Shown: one piece after another, positions 1 to 13,234 of the stretch | How positions within the stretch are numbered: position 1 is the stretch's first letter | Layout of the letters: every line of letters starts with the position of its first letter | Origin: Callorhinchus milii | Lineage: Eukaryota | DNA length: 64,000 bases | Reading direction: 5' to 3' | NCBI RefSeq assembly: GCF_018977255.1 | Contig: NW_024704743.1 | Span: 57,972,001 to 58,036,000 of the forward strand | Position numbers and translations under genes: made by a program | The notes under the pieces: model-generated | Database searches by the model: none | What the model saw: only the letters and a program-made list of their open reading frames with translations | What the model was told of the DNA's origin: nothing

Positions 1-975
1 AGTTCCTGTATAAATGCAAGTTGCTGGTATTGCTCCACACTGTTTGGAGTTGAGCGAGGAATCAACCAACACCCTTTGATCTCTTTCAACAGTGCCATGC
101 GTCTATTTATACTTCTAATGTGCTTACCTTATCTGTACTCTACATTAACAAAGCAATCTTGCTTCTATCTCAGAAGAGTATTATATTCTCATGAATTCTT
201 CTATTTCTCACACTAGAATTAGTGATTATAAAATTATGAGATCTTGCTGAATGAATGCCATTGTGTGACAAATTTTATTAATATTATTAAGTATACCGTT
301 GTGTACCACGCATCTATGTCCACTAGAGTGAAATTGCAATCCATCTCAGTTGAAGTCAGAGGAGAGACATACAACCTAGCAGCTTGAACTTGATTTAATT
401 CCACATGTCAGAGGTTAAAGATCATTGCTCCAATCCATTCAATTTTCCATAAAAGGTTTCTGAATAATCATATTAAAATGACATATACTTGTAAAGTCCA
501 GAGTGCTATACAACACATTCTAGCAGTATGAAGTGATGCAAGTCATTCTTTTGTGTCTTTAAAAACTCCATTAAGTTAAACAAGTTCCATCTGAATGTCA
601 TACACTTGCAACATTTTAAAGAGTGTATACAAAAAAATGTAATAGTCTAAATTTAAACTTAGGTCAATAATATTGGGAAAGCATTTTATTCATCCTATAT
701 TAAACTTTGGGCTGGTAACACAGAATCTGCTGATTTCTCTGTACTGAGTTGAGTACTTTACCTCTAATTACTGAAATCAGTGCCTTCATTTCCCCAAGTT
801 ATGTTCTGCATAAGAAGATATTTATTTGAATGTCACTGGCAGGGTTCTAAATGTGAAGCATTACTTTTTGCTCTTAAAACAATAATTTACATTGATATAG
901 TGCCATTCATGTTGGGAGGGCGTGTTATAGCACTGCACATAAACTTCAAGAAAACTGCGTAGCGATGTGGATCTA

Positions 976-1030
976 AATAGCCAAATTATTAAAGAGGGAG
1001 GAGTAAATAACCAAATTATTAAAGATGGAG
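976..1030. repeat. 30-bp tandem duplication
   Basis: AAATA.CCAAATTATTAAAGA.GGAG.AGT occurs twice. Confidence 0.8.
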
Positions 1031-1401
1031 AAGTTTCAGAACTAGGCACTTCTCACAGCTGTAATCATTTCCCAAACAATTCTTTCAGTTTAAACTTATC
1101 TTCCAATCAACATCAGACCATGAAATGATCAGTAAACTGGTACCACTTTGCAATATGTTTTAATGCTCTCCCTAAATGCACTGCCTGCTGCTAAACATTT
1201 CGTCTTACAAGCATTTCTATGTGAAATACCAGTGTCTTAACAATAATACAATTTTTTCCTGTTTTCCATCTTCCTGGGATAACTACAGATTAAAGCAGCA
1301 CATACAATTCTTCACTCCAGAGTGTTTCTGTTAATTGATAGAACAGGTTTCCTATAACTGCATAGCATGTATTTTACACTACAACACAAACTTTCTCTTA
1401 C

Positions 1402-1508
1402 CTTATTATACTCTACATGAAGTGATTCCTGCTCGTTTTGAAGTTTATCCTTTAAGTTCTTCTGCTCAGCTATGTTTTCCTGTATTTGCATCATTCTCAT
1501 GTTCCTCT
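1402..1508 (-). CDS. PHF14: PHF14 exon 10, coiled coil (ERNMRMMQIQENIAEQKNLKDKLQNEQESLHVEYNK); gene continues beyond the window
   Basis: 107 bp, tttgcag/gtaaga boundaries, phase 1/0. Confidence 0.96.
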
Positions 1509-1863
1509 CTGCAAATAAATAGAAGTCAGAATTAATGGGCTACTACTAAAATATTAACAAAAAAANGTAAATCAACATATAAATAGTTAAGAAAAATGTA
1601 AACAGGTGTATTAAAACGCTGTCCACAGCTTAATTTTCTTTAGAGTGGACAAATTTATATTATCATTTTTAGACAATAACTACTAAATTAAGACTGAGGA
1701 CTTTAGCTCTCGTCTTTGTCCACGGGTAGTGAAACGTTTCCAACATTATGAAAATTAGCAATACATCATTTTACTCCACGTCAGTGAAACGTTTAATTTT
1801 CAGGAAAATGATTCCATCAGCCTATACTTCCATTGCAATGGTTTCTCATATCCTTTTCCGTAC

Positions 1864-2134
1864 CAAGGTAATAATTCACAAAGTCAGCAGTCAAGGCTGG
1901 CTGTTTGTGCTTCCTCCTGCCATCCACACTAGAGTTGGTATCTAGATTGTCCACAGGGAAGATGTCTGTGCTAATCCCCATCAGTTCAGCTTTCCGCATA
2001 AGCTTGCGGATAACAGAAGCACTGCTGGTGAGTGGGCGTGGTAGCTTCTCCCTGGGAACCCACGCATTGGGTTTGGCATTACGATTGAACTCCACTTTCG
2101 CACGGTATTGCTGGAGCCTTGTAGTGATGCGTGC
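1864..2134 (-). CDS. PHF14: PHF14 exon 9 (ARITTRLQQYRAK...AWVPREKLPRPLTSSAS...TADFVNYYL)
   Basis: 271 bp, ttag/gtac boundaries, phase 0/1. Confidence 0.97.
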
Positions 2135-2825
2135 CTAAACATACAGAAATAATAAAAAAATCAGCAGGCTAAATTCAAAACAGCAATTATACATTCAAAT
2201 GATGATACAATTATTGTCAAGAAAACAATGCAATTATTAAGGTGCCAGTAATCATTATTAGAGGCCATCATTAAAAAAACTGCAACAAAACTATCAAAAC
2301 AATTGAGTGCTATCACCAAAATATTTTCTGTTTATCTCATTTTTTTAAGCATGTTTTTCAGCCTTTCCAACTCTTCCCTCCACAAGCTGCACATCAATCA
2401 GAACTAGTCCTTAAAAAAAAATTTGGTCACTCAATCAACAACCGTTTGTGGGACACTGCTGTGCGCAATTGGCTGCCGCGTTTTGACCACCACAAATATA
2501 CAGTCAATTCACTTTACAGCATATTAGAGCCGGCCAAAAACATATGGCATTGGATTGAACAAAGAACTCAGCTAGACTTGAAAAGGAAGGGAGTTCATTT
2601 TTCCAAAATGTGTTACATAGTTTTGCATCTGCTTAAACTTAAAGATGTACATATTGTGAACATCGAATATCTACCTTTATGGTTAAAACTACATAAAATC
2701 GACAAGTTTGTAATTCACATTACAGGAAGATGAATGGCAAATATTTTTTAGGTAAGGAAGATAATTGTCAATTTGGGAAACAAATAAAAATGTATTTATT
2801 TGTAAAAATCTTCTTCTTAGCCACT

Positions 2826-3320
2826 TAACAACAATAATAATAAATTACATTTGTAAAGTGCCCTTTATGTCGGGAAGGCGTCATGTTGCTGGAGAGTCAG
2901 GGATTTGGACTTGAGCAGGGAGTTGGGAACGGGAGGGGTGGAGGGTAGGAGGGTGAGCGAAGGCACAGTTGATGAGGAGGGTTTTGAAATGTGACTCGAC
3001 GGAGGTAAGGGAGGGAACAAGTTGAAGGGACTGTGGGATGGAGTTCCAGAGGGTAGGGCCAGAGAGGCTGAATGCCCGACTGCCGATGGTGGGGAAGGCT
3101 GGGCGTTGGACATGAAGCAGGCTGGAGCCTCCTGAGCAGAAGGAACGGACAAATTTGAAATGGTGTAGGAAAGAAGGAGCAAGGCCGTAGAGGGTTTTGA
3201 AGATGAGGGTGAGGATTTTGAACTCTATCCTCTGGGGGATGGGGAACCAGCAGAGCCAGGCAAAGGTGGGGTTGATAGGTTCACGGAGCCTGCAGGAGCG
3301 GACACAAGCTGCAGAGTTAA
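2826..3320 (-). mobile_element. L2 LINE 3' end
   Basis: WFPIPQRIEFKIL and RAFS..PTLWNS motifs; tail. Confidence 0.88.
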
Positions 3321-3544
3321 TAATAATGATAATAATAATATTTGCATTTGATATAGGGCTTTTCACATCTTTGAGACGTCTCAATGCGGTTCACAGAATA
3401 TAATAATAATAATCCTTGCACTTGATATAGCGCTTTTCACATCTTCTAGACCTCTCAAAGCACTTCACAGAACAGACCGTAAAGTGAATTGACCATATAT
3501 TTGTGGGCAAAAGTTACCCTATCCATATCCATAAGAATATGGAT

Positions 3545-4880
3545 AGGGTAACTGTTTTCTGACTGATCACAGCTGTTTGTAGTAGGAGTAGGGTCACAGA
3601 TTGCACACATAGGCCATGGACGCATTTGGGGACATCGTGGGATTTGAGACGTTGCATTTGAAGGCAAGACCTTTTTAAAATTTGATCATGTGGTGGATGG
3701 GAACCAGTGTAGCAGGGCAAGATTGGGGATATTGGGCTCACAGAGCCTGTTAAAGAGATTATCCAAGACTTGTGAAGTTTCAAATGATCTGAACTTTGTA
3801 AAGGGTAAAGCTAGGGAGGCCTATGAGCAGGGTTTGGTGAAAAATGCATGAATGAGGATTTTGATTGAGTTATGGGCATTGTTTCAAAGACAGAAGAAAA
3901 TGGACTTGGTCAGAGCCAGGATGAAATCAAAAGTAGAGCGTTAAACAAAATGTTGAGGTTCCTCACAGTACTTGTGAACCGGAGTGAGCAACTAGGAACA
4001 TCGAAACAATCAGTACTGAGGTAAGTTGATGCTGGCAAGAGCCAAGCAGGAGAAACTCAGTTTTGTTAACACTGAATTGGAGAAAATTGAGGCTCTTACA
4101 GGACTTGATATTATTATTATGTTTGTCAGTTAATGTGTCTGGAGTTGAAAGTGGAGGCAAAAAGGTAGAGTTGAATGTCATCTGCAAATGTATGGAGTGC
4201 ATCCCATGCCTGCGGATGATGTCATCAACGGTACCATAGAGATGGAAGAAAAGGAGAGGACTAAAAATAGAGCCCCAACAAACATAGTGGTGGAGTTGGA
4301 GAAACCAGCAGAGTAGAAGCATTAAAGATATTGGGACAAAAGCAAAACAACTTGCATTTATATAGCGTCTTTCACCTCAGGAGGACGTCCCAAGGTGCTG
4401 AAATAAAAGTAACACCAGGTAAATGCAAAGCCACGGAGGCGTACCAGAAAGGAGACTCAGTGAAGAAGGCTGACAGCGTGAAACACAGAGGAGATCAAGA
4501 CACATAGCAAGCCCTGGTTGTACACTGGGAGAATGTCACTTGTGAATTTGACAAGGGCTGCCTCAGCATTGTGAGCAAAGCGAAACCTGGATTGGAGGGA
4601 CTAACACCTGGAGTGGTTGGAGACCAAGAATGCACTGGGAGGTGACTGTGCATTTCAGCACCTTGGAGAGGAAGGGCAGGTTGGATATGGGGCTTATAGC
4701 TAGAGTTGGGGACGGGGGGAGGCAAAGTGCTTTTTTTTTGAGAAGGGATATGACCACTGTTTGAGAAGGGGGAGTACCGAACCACATAGAGGCTGTCGGC
4801 ATCAGATAACACAGCCCAAGAAGTGGCAGGTTGGTAGACAAGCGCGGTGTGGGAATTGGGTCAACGGAGTAGGTTTCATG
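3545..4880 (-). mobile_element. Old fragmented L2 pieces
   Basis: NFLQFSVNKTEFLLLGS and PISNLPFLSKVL remnants. Confidence 0.7.
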
Positions 4881-4967
4881 AGAAGTGCCACTACAATTTT
4901 CCTTTCATTTTTACACAAAGCTTTTAATACAATGTAATAAACAATGTTACAGTTCTAGCACATGTAC

Positions 4968-5114
4968 CTGTGCTTCTGGGCTGACATGCTTGTCTCGTTC
5001 TTGCAAGGTCATTTTACAGTATGACTGTAAAGCTAAATAGTTCTTTCGTTTCCATTTTCTGTCAAATTTGTCAGCATGCTGTTTGCAATATGCAAAAAAC
5101 GGATCAGCTATATC
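4968..5114 (-). CDS. PHF14: PHF14 exon 8 (DIADPFFAYCKQHADKFDRKWKRKNYLALQSYCKMTLQERDKHVSPEAQ)
   Basis: 147 bp, cag/gtac boundaries, phase 0/0. Confidence 0.96.
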
Positions 5115-6127
5115 CTGTGCCAAAAGAGGAAAAACAGTGAATTCAATTCTCCATTGATATGTAAGTTATTTAAACCGTATAACGTCATATTCCACAGTTG
5201 AAAGGATTATGATGGCATCAGTTCTGATTTCAAACATCGTTCAAAGATTGTCAACAATTACAGCACACAATGTTTTATACCTCTAAACTGAGCAGATGCT
5301 TGCAATCTACACCATCAGATGCTTTTACAGTGTATGAACACATATTAACATTTCAAAATTGAATATGCATTGAAATCAGGAACAGAATTTTTTCACATTT
5401 TTGATTTTCATTCCCTACCAATTGAAAATGCATTACCCAAAATATAATAGGATCACTTCTGAAAATTACTTTAGGTAAAGTACCTAAACTTTCCACAACA
5501 AAACTCCCTTTGGCATCATTAGTTAAGTCAGTAGTGAAATTCTAAACTCAGCAGCGAATTCTTAATATAACTCACACTTAGTGATAGAGACAGAACCCAC
5601 CACCAAAGTTCATCCTATGGAAATACCATCTTTGGCTCCAACTTCTGAGATTTGAGATAGAAGAGAAGCTGATACAGTTGTTTTGAAGCAACTACAGTAC
5701 TCACTACTATTTTATGCAACTACTCACCAAACTTTTGTTTATAATTTGACCAGACAAACTATAGTAAAACCATTTTGCTATCTGAAGAGCAGTCACTGGG
5801 AGCATTTCATCTATCCATGGTTGTCGCTTCCACCCTCAAATGTAACCAAGACAGGTTAAAAAGCAGTGTAGCTGGGAAAGTGTGCATGCTGAAACAATGC
5901 TTTTCAGTTGTGTTACCCCAAACTACATCCTTTCCCTCTCTCTAACCAGGGATCCCTCTGTTTTGTCTTACAATGTTAATACCTCCTTGTCCTCCTGGAA
6001 CCTATTCACTGCATTCGACCACGCCACCACCCAGTCAATCAGTGGGCCCGCACTCTCCTAGTTTGAGTCCTATTTAGCTAACCACTATCACCTTGTCTCC
6101 TCAAACGGCTTTTTCTCCTGGCCCCTC

Positions 6128-6515
6128 ATAGGAACAGTAGTAGGCCATTCAGTCCTTCCAGCCTGTTCCGCCATTCAATTAGATCATGGCTGATCTGTAC
6201 CTCAACTAATTCTGTCAATTCCAATTTCCTGCTTTTTCCCCATATCCCTTAATACCCGGACCTTCCAAAAATCCATCAACCTCACTCTTGAAGGTGTGGA
6301 TGGATCCAGCATCCAGTCTCTTGGGGGAGAGAAATCCAGAATTCTACCACCTTTTGAGTGAAACAATGCTTCCTGATTTCACTCTTAAGAGGTCTGGTTC
6401 TAATTTTAAGACTGTGCCCCCTGTTTTGGATTCCCCCACCATAGGAAATAGCTTCTCTGTATCTACCATATTGAATCTCTTTATCATCTTAAACACCTCA
6501 ATCAAATCACCCTGA
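6128..6515 (-). mobile_element. CR1-clade LINE 3' end
   Basis: GDLIEVFKMIK..VD.EKLFP.VGESKT.G C-terminal motif and CR1/HE1-type tail. Confidence 0.82.
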
Positions 6516-6621
6516 GGGGGCGTGCGCAGGTGAGAAAGAGTGTGTGTATGTGTATGTGAGAGCATGTGTCTCTCTCTCTCCTTCTCACACCCTCATACTC
6601 TCTCTCTCTCCCCTTCTCACA

Positions 6622-6955
6622 AGTGAGAGGACTTGGGTTCAATTTCTGGGTGGGACAGGCTGAAACCTTTGGCAAGTATCCTTACTGCCCACACACACAC
6701 GGCTGTTTGCCTAGCAATAAGTAGGAACCTGGTTGTTAGTCGATTGGCGGATCACTTTTCAGGGGGTAATAATCCCTCAAACAAAACAATTGGTCACTCA
6801 ATCCACGACTGTTTTGCGGGGATGTCGCCTTGCGCAATTGGTTGCTGCATTTCGTCCACGACACACAGTCACGACACTTTACAGTATATCCTGTAAAACT
6901 ATTTGAGATATCTCGAAGACATGTATCAAATGTAAGGATTATTATTATTATTATA
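6622..6955 (+). mobile_element. 5'-truncated tRNA SINE, longer variant
   Basis: B box, internal block, (TAT)n tail. Confidence 0.8.
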
Positions 6956-7149
6956 GAAGCCAACACTCCATTTATCTTTTTGATTACTTTATACACCTGG
7001 GAACTAGTTTTTAGTGATTTGTGGATATGGACACCCAAATTCCTTTGTTCCTCCACAGTTCTTAGTCTCACTCCATTAAGAAAACACACCTCAGGCGCAC
7101 AACAAGGCTCCATCCCTGTCCTATCTGTTCCTCATTTACCTGCTCCCAC

Positions 7150-7640
7150 TCAGTCATCTGCAAACACAGGATAAACTTTCACACATAAGCGGACGGCATC
7201 CAAATCTACTTTTTCCTCATTCAGCTGCAATTTCAGGTCCACTAAGGTTCTATCAGCTTGCTCGTCAGATATCAAGGACTGGATGAGTGCAAACTTCCTG
7301 CAGCTAAATATCGACAAGGCAGAAACCATACTCCTCGGCTCCCATCAACGTCATCTCTCCTGCAGCTCTGACCTCAACTTCCCCAGCCCTTCCGTAAGAT
7401 TTACCGAACATTTAGGTAACTCAGGTGTGAGGTTCGCTTACATCCTGTTCCTAACCAGTAACCACTTTCTTCCATCTCCGTCACATTGTCAACCTACAAC
7501 CGTACCTCACACTCAACACAGCCAAAACGCTCAGCCACTTCCTCCCTCGACTATTACAATGCCCCCTCACCTGTCTCCCAAGCTCCACTATCTATAAAAT
7601 CCAATTGATTCAGAACTTTGACGCCAATATACTCACCGTC
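7150..7640 (+). mobile_element. L2 fragment (second subfamily)
   Basis: MSANFLQLNIDKAETILLGS motif. Confidence 0.75.
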
Positions 7641-8154
7641 TAAAATCTGTATCCCCATCGCAGCTTTCAAAAATGAAACTTTTGACTATTTTAACATGAA
7701 ATCCTATACATTCTCACAAAATACTGTACACACTCTTCGGTGTGCACAGATCCACTTTTTCACATTTTTAAGTGGCATTGGCAATATAGGAAGTAATAAC
7801 AATTCTTCTGGTGAATATATTCAAATAAAATTGCACAAGCCAGAGTGGACATATGCTCTGAAATTTCATTATTCTAAAAAAGTCAACGAATGTCAATGAG
7901 CATAAGATCAAAATGCATATCTGCTCAAAATTCTCTCAATCACTTCTAGTTACAAAACAGTTAATGCATCTTATCTCAGCGACAATAAATTAAAAATATT
8001 AAGAGCATTTGCAAACAATGCTTTTTATATTTTCAAATTGAGCAATATTAATTAACTGAAACAACTGAATGTTTGTCCATAATTTTCTCTTGTTCTTTTC
8101 CCATTTTAAAAAGTAACAGCAGGACTTGGTTTACTAATAATAATTATATACAAT

Positions 8155-8548
8155 AATAATCATAATAATCTTTGCAGTTGATACAGCATCTTTAATGTTT
8201 CACAGGATTTAGTCTGAAGTGATTTGACTGTACACAAATACAGCAGCCAATTTAGGCACAACAATGTCCTACAAGCAACCATAAAGTGAATGACCGATTT
8301 TATCTGGGGGATAGTTGGCCAGAACACTGGGAGAAACTCTCTTCTCTTTTCGAGTAGTGCTATGGGATATTTATTATCCATGTGAACAGACAGACAAGAC
8401 CTCGTATTAACGTCTCATCCAACAATGCAATGTTTCCCCAGCATTGTATCAGAGGCTAGATCTCGACAATGTGAGTTAACAGTCCTGACAACAAGTCTGA
8501 ACTCCAACCTTCTAACTGAAAGGTAAGAGTGCTACCAACTGAGCCAAG
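8155..8548 (-). mobile_element. Deu-core SINE (SacSINE1/AmnSINE1-like)
   Basis: tRNA-like head, Deu-like core (GGATGAGACGTTAA...CCCATAGCACTACTCGAA..GAGTTTCTCCCAGTGTTCTGGCCAA), L2-type tail. Confidence 0.72.
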
Positions 8549-9065
8549 TGATCCCTGGAAAACCTTCCATGGTATAACCTTGTTATAAAACAACTGTATT
8601 ATAACAAAGATTCACTTGCAGCACAATTGGGATATGAACTCCAACATTTATATACCAATAAAATCCCAAACACCCATTGGTGCTTCAAAACATCAGACAA
8701 CTAGTAATAAGCCCTAATGAAGGGGTGAGTTACTACAGCGCATGACCATTGAATGCAAAGTATTGAATTTCGTTTTGGTTATCATGCAAGATGGGATTTT
8801 ATGGATCCAACTATTGTGTTATGAAGAGGGTCTACTGTATTTCCTTATTCAGACTTTAAACCATTTTGTCCTCAACGTGCAAGAACACTGATGAAATATG
8901 CAGCTACTTCATAAATCTTTTGAAAAAGTAATTTAAATAAATGCAGTTCACACAGAAAAAAGCCAATTAACTGGAAAACCACTTATCAAATGACTTTTAT
9001 TTACAGCAATTCAAAAACGTGAGATGAAAGTAAAGAGCAGGTACGAATTGGAAATGTGGACTCAC

Positions 9066-9203
9066 CTCTTCAGCAGCGGCTTCAGAAAGTAGCCCTTCTC
9101 TTTGAGCACAGGTCACATGGAAGTATGCCCGGCACATGCCAGCATCACAGCTTATGCAGACTCCAGTTCGAGCAAATCGTAGGTCTTCACATAAACTGCA
9201 CTC
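9066..9203 (-). CDS. PHF14: PHF14 exon 7, extended PHD2 (ECSLCEDLRFARTGVCISCDAGMCRAYFHVTCAQREGLLSEAAAEE)
   Basis: 138 bp, cag/gtgagt boundaries. Confidence 0.97.
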
Positions 9204-9799
9204 CTGAATGAAAAAGGTCAACATCAACAGGAAAAAGGAAACGGGAGAATTATTTTTCAGCAACCTTTAAAGAATTGCATCTAATTAAGTCACCAAATAG
9301 AACCATAGGAATTACTACCCAAATAGGAGATCATTTGACCCATTATGCTGGTTTCCTAATCCCAATCCTAATTCATGTTTCTTTCCCTGTAACACCTTTC
9401 CTCTCCACGGACCTATCCAATTCCCTTTTAAATGCTCCAATCGAGTCTGCTCCAACAGCCAGCCCTAATAATTCATTCCACACTTAGGTGTTTATTTTCT
9501 TAACTTTCCTAGTTATATCTTAAAATTCATTCATTAAACATCTTCTATTTAATGCAACACCCAAAATCGCAAATAATATTACTGTTGTGGACTAGCCAAC
9601 ATCTTATAAAAGTTATGTACTAACTTTTGTTCAATAGCCCTGAATATAAAATCCAGAATCCTTTTTGCCCTTTAACTGTCTTATCTACCTGTAATCCCAC
9701 CTTTAACAATCTATGTTTATTTCCTTGGATCCCTCCAGTCCTCCACTGAAATGAGAATTTTACCATTTGAATATACTACCATTCTCTACTGCGTCTACA

Positions 9800-11016
9800 A
9801 CATTCTTGTCCATCTGCGACCTCTGCCTCCTCGTCCTCCTTGACCTCTCTGCTGCCTTTCGATACCGTTGACCACTCTATCCTCCTTCACCGCCTCTCTT
9901 CTCACCTCAGCCTTCATGGTTCTGTTCTTGAATGGTTCAGATCCTACCTCTCATACCTTCTCCACTTCATCGCCACAAACAGCTTCTCCTCAAGCCCCCG
10001 TATCTGTATGCTCCCTCTTGGTGACGTCATCTGCAGACATGGGCTCAACTTCCACATGTATGCGGATGACACCCAACTCTACCTCTCTGCCTCCACCCTC
10101 GACTGCAGGACCACTGCTGTCCTGACAGAATGTCTGTTAGACATCAAGTCCTGGATGAGAGCAAACTTTCTTCAGTTGAATGTCAGCAAGACCGAGGCTC
10201 TCCTGATTGGCTCCTGTCAGCACCTCCTCACCTCATGCGCTGACAGAATCACTATCCATGGATGTACACTCCACCTCTCTGAACCAGTCCAGAACCTCGG
10301 CGTCTTGTTTAACCCTCAACTTCCCTTTCTATCCCACATCTCTGCCATGACTCGCTCTGCCTCCCCGCACATCCGCAACATCGCCCGGCTCCGCCACTGT
10401 TTCACACCGCAGGCCACCAAAACCCTCATACACGCATTCATAACATCCCGGCCTCACTATGCAAACTCCCAGCTTGTCGGCCTCTCCAACTCCTCCTTCC
10501 ACAGGCTGCAGATCATCCAGAACTCTGCAGCCCGTGTCCTCTCCCGCACCAGGCTTTGTGATCCTATCCCCGCCATCCTCGCCCGACTCCCCTCTCTTCC
10601 CATCACACAGATTACAGTTCAAGCTCCTGGTCCTCACCTTCAAAGCCCTCCATGGCCTTGCTCTCCTCTACTTCTGCGACCTCCTAACCCCCTACCAACC
10701 TTTCCACTCCCTATGCTCAGCGGGCTCCGTCCTGCTTCCTTTTCTCCCACCTCGCTCGACCTACCGTTGGTAAGCGAGCCTTCAGCCACTCTGCCCCCAA
10801 CCTCTGGAATTCCATCCCGCAGACCCTCTGCCTTACTCCTCCCCTGCCTCCTTCAAAACCCTCCTCTTCGACCGTGCCTTTCATCACCCTCTTTCCCCAC
10901 CTGCCCTCCACCCTCCCGATCCCGACCTTCAGCTCTGGTCTGAAACAGATTGTCCAGCGCCTTTGGACGTCCTCCCGACATGAAAGGCGTTATACAAGTG
11001 CCATTTTGTTGTTGTT
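9800..11016 (+). mobile_element. L2 LINE 3' fragment (367-aa ORF is a decayed RT)
   Basis: FDTVDH and YADDTQLYLS motifs, frameshifted C-terminus, tail. Confidence 0.93.
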
Positions 11017-11129
11017 ATTCTAAACTTGCCTACATATTTCTTCCTCAATTTTCTTCCCAAAAACTAGTGATCTATAACTAAAGTTGACATTTTCACTTCT
11101 ATCCAGAGAGACATTAGGATGCTACAAGG

Positions 11130-11370
11130 GATGAGCTTTCTTCCCTGGAGATGAAACAACTGAGAGGGGATTTGAAAGAGGTGTTTAAAATTTTGAAGGG
11201 TTCAACAAGTAACATAATTACGAATTGTTCATAACAAGGAAGCACAAGGATAAAATAGCCACCAACAGATGGAAAATAGATGAAGGAAGATCTTCTTTGC
11301 ACAGAGAATGGTGAGAATGTGGAACTCACTGCCAGATGCAGTGATTGAAGCAGAAAGCATCAATAAAATT
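11130..11370 (+). mobile_element. CR1 3' ORF fragment
   Basis: LRGDLKEVFKILKG and VRMWNSLP remnants. Confidence 0.7.
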
Positions 11371-12012
11371 AATACTCCAAATTTATTTCAAACACTGCGC
11401 ATTGGTGTATGAACACAAGTCCAGTTACATCATTCTATACTATTTCCTTCTTTCTTCGTGGTTACTATAAGTTACTTGAAAATCAACAATAGAACATCTA
11501 TAACAGTCACAAACCTTCCACTCCTTAAACCCCCCTTACGTTAGTACCACATTATCTCAGTGAGCTTCTATAGTTATGAGGGAATGAGCTAGGAATAGCA
11601 GGAACATACACAAATGCCTATCCTTCGTCAGACTATACAGAGATTACTTGAGTTGTGCTTCTATGAATTTATGCTGCACTATGGATTTCCTAAATTGCCC
11701 TACATTTTCAAGTTTGCATTCTTACAATAGTGTTTTTTTTTTTACAGTGCTCTATTCTCATTTTCTCACATGTATTCTCGTTTTTAATTGTGCAGACATA
11801 AACCTGGTGGAAATATTTTGGAAACACCTGCGAGGACTATAATGAAAACAAATGTTAATTGTATGCAAACAGTACTCCAGAACATAATTTTTGGTTTTAA
11901 TCTACTTATTTCCACGCTTCTGTTTATTTTTACATAATCCCCTTGCCAGATGCTCCAAAAGCCAAGCATGTTTTCATCTGCTCGAAACATTTCATATAAC
12001 ACACACACATAC

Positions 12013-12124
12013 CTTGGCACCATATTTAGAATAGTTCATTTCTGTAAGGGTAACAGGACGAAGTCGGTCTATATCTCCAAATGCAACTCCAGGGACATAA
12101 AGGGCACAGACAACATGGACCCAC
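12013..12124 (-). CDS. PHF14: PHF14 exon 6 (WVHVVCALYVPGVAFGDIDRLRPVTLTEMNYSKYGAK)
   Basis: 112 bp, tttag/gtatgt boundaries, phase 2/0. Confidence 0.97.
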
Positions 12125-12509
12125 CTAAAGAATAAAAGGCCAAAAGAGTATTGAGTTTAAAACAAATCTGACGGGTTGACCAAACTGAATACATTATGTT
12201 CAATCATACTGCACAAGAATATTTAAAAAAATTATAAAACACAAACATTACTGCAATACCAGGTCAACTCATAACATAAAAGTAGCGAGCAACATTAATC
12301 CCAGATAAATAAATCAGCTCAGTACCTCATGGGAAGGAAGGGGGGAGATCAATGTAGCTGTACATTTGGATTTAGTGCATCAAATGTATCTGGAGATATG
12401 CGAAGCAGCCCTCCCCTTCCCCATGCAGTTCTCAATGACAAAGTCCATAAAGCCTGGCCCACAGCAATGGACTCGCTCCCTGAGTCACCATGAAAACAGT
12501 CAGGTGATA

Positions 12510-13234
12510 ATCCATCTCTGGATAAGGGCAAATTTCCTGCAGTTGAATGTGAACAAGACTGAGGCTCTCCTCAGTAACATCGCTTGACTCCGCCAATACC
12601 TCACCCCTCAGGCCGCTGAAACTTTTGTTCATGCCTTCATCACATCCAAACTCGACTATGCAAAAGCCCTACTTGTCAGCCTTCCCAACTCCTCCCTCCA
12701 CAGGCTGCAGATAATCCAGAACTCTGCAGCCCGTGTCCTCTCCCGCACCAAATTCCGTGACCCACTCTCCCTCACTCTCGCCCAACTCCAATGGCTCCCT
12801 ATCCTCAGAGGATCCAGTTCAAGATCCTGGTCCTCACATACAAAGCCCTCCAAGGCCTCGCCCCACCCTACCTCTGCAACCTCCTAACCCCTACCAACCC
12901 GCCCATTCCCTCCGCTCAGCCGGCTCTGGCCTGCACCACGTCCCCCGACCCACCCTCCCCACCATCGGCGGGAGAGCCTTCAGCCACTCTGCCCCCAACC
13001 TCTGGAATTCCATCCCCCAGTCACTCCGCCTCACCCTCTCCTTAGCCTCCTTCAAGTCCCGCCTCAAGACCCTCCTCTTCGACCTTGCCATCGACCACCT
13101 CCACTTCCTCTCCCTCCCTTCCCCCTCCCCCCTACCCCAGCTCGGGTCTGAAATGCTATACTCTGTCCAGCGCCTTGGGACGTCCGCCCGACATAAAAAG
13201 CGCTTTACAAATCTAACCTTATTGTTGTTGTTGA
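12510..13234 (+). mobile_element. L2 LINE 3' fragment, low-divergence subfamily
   Basis: Closely matches 58870-59515 and the reverse of 20787-21400. Confidence 0.92.

Noticed and set aside
9840..10943. 367-aa ORF with an RT YADD motif as a novel gene or retron-like system
   Set aside because: It is a truncated, frameshifted L2 ORF2 with many sibling copies in the window.
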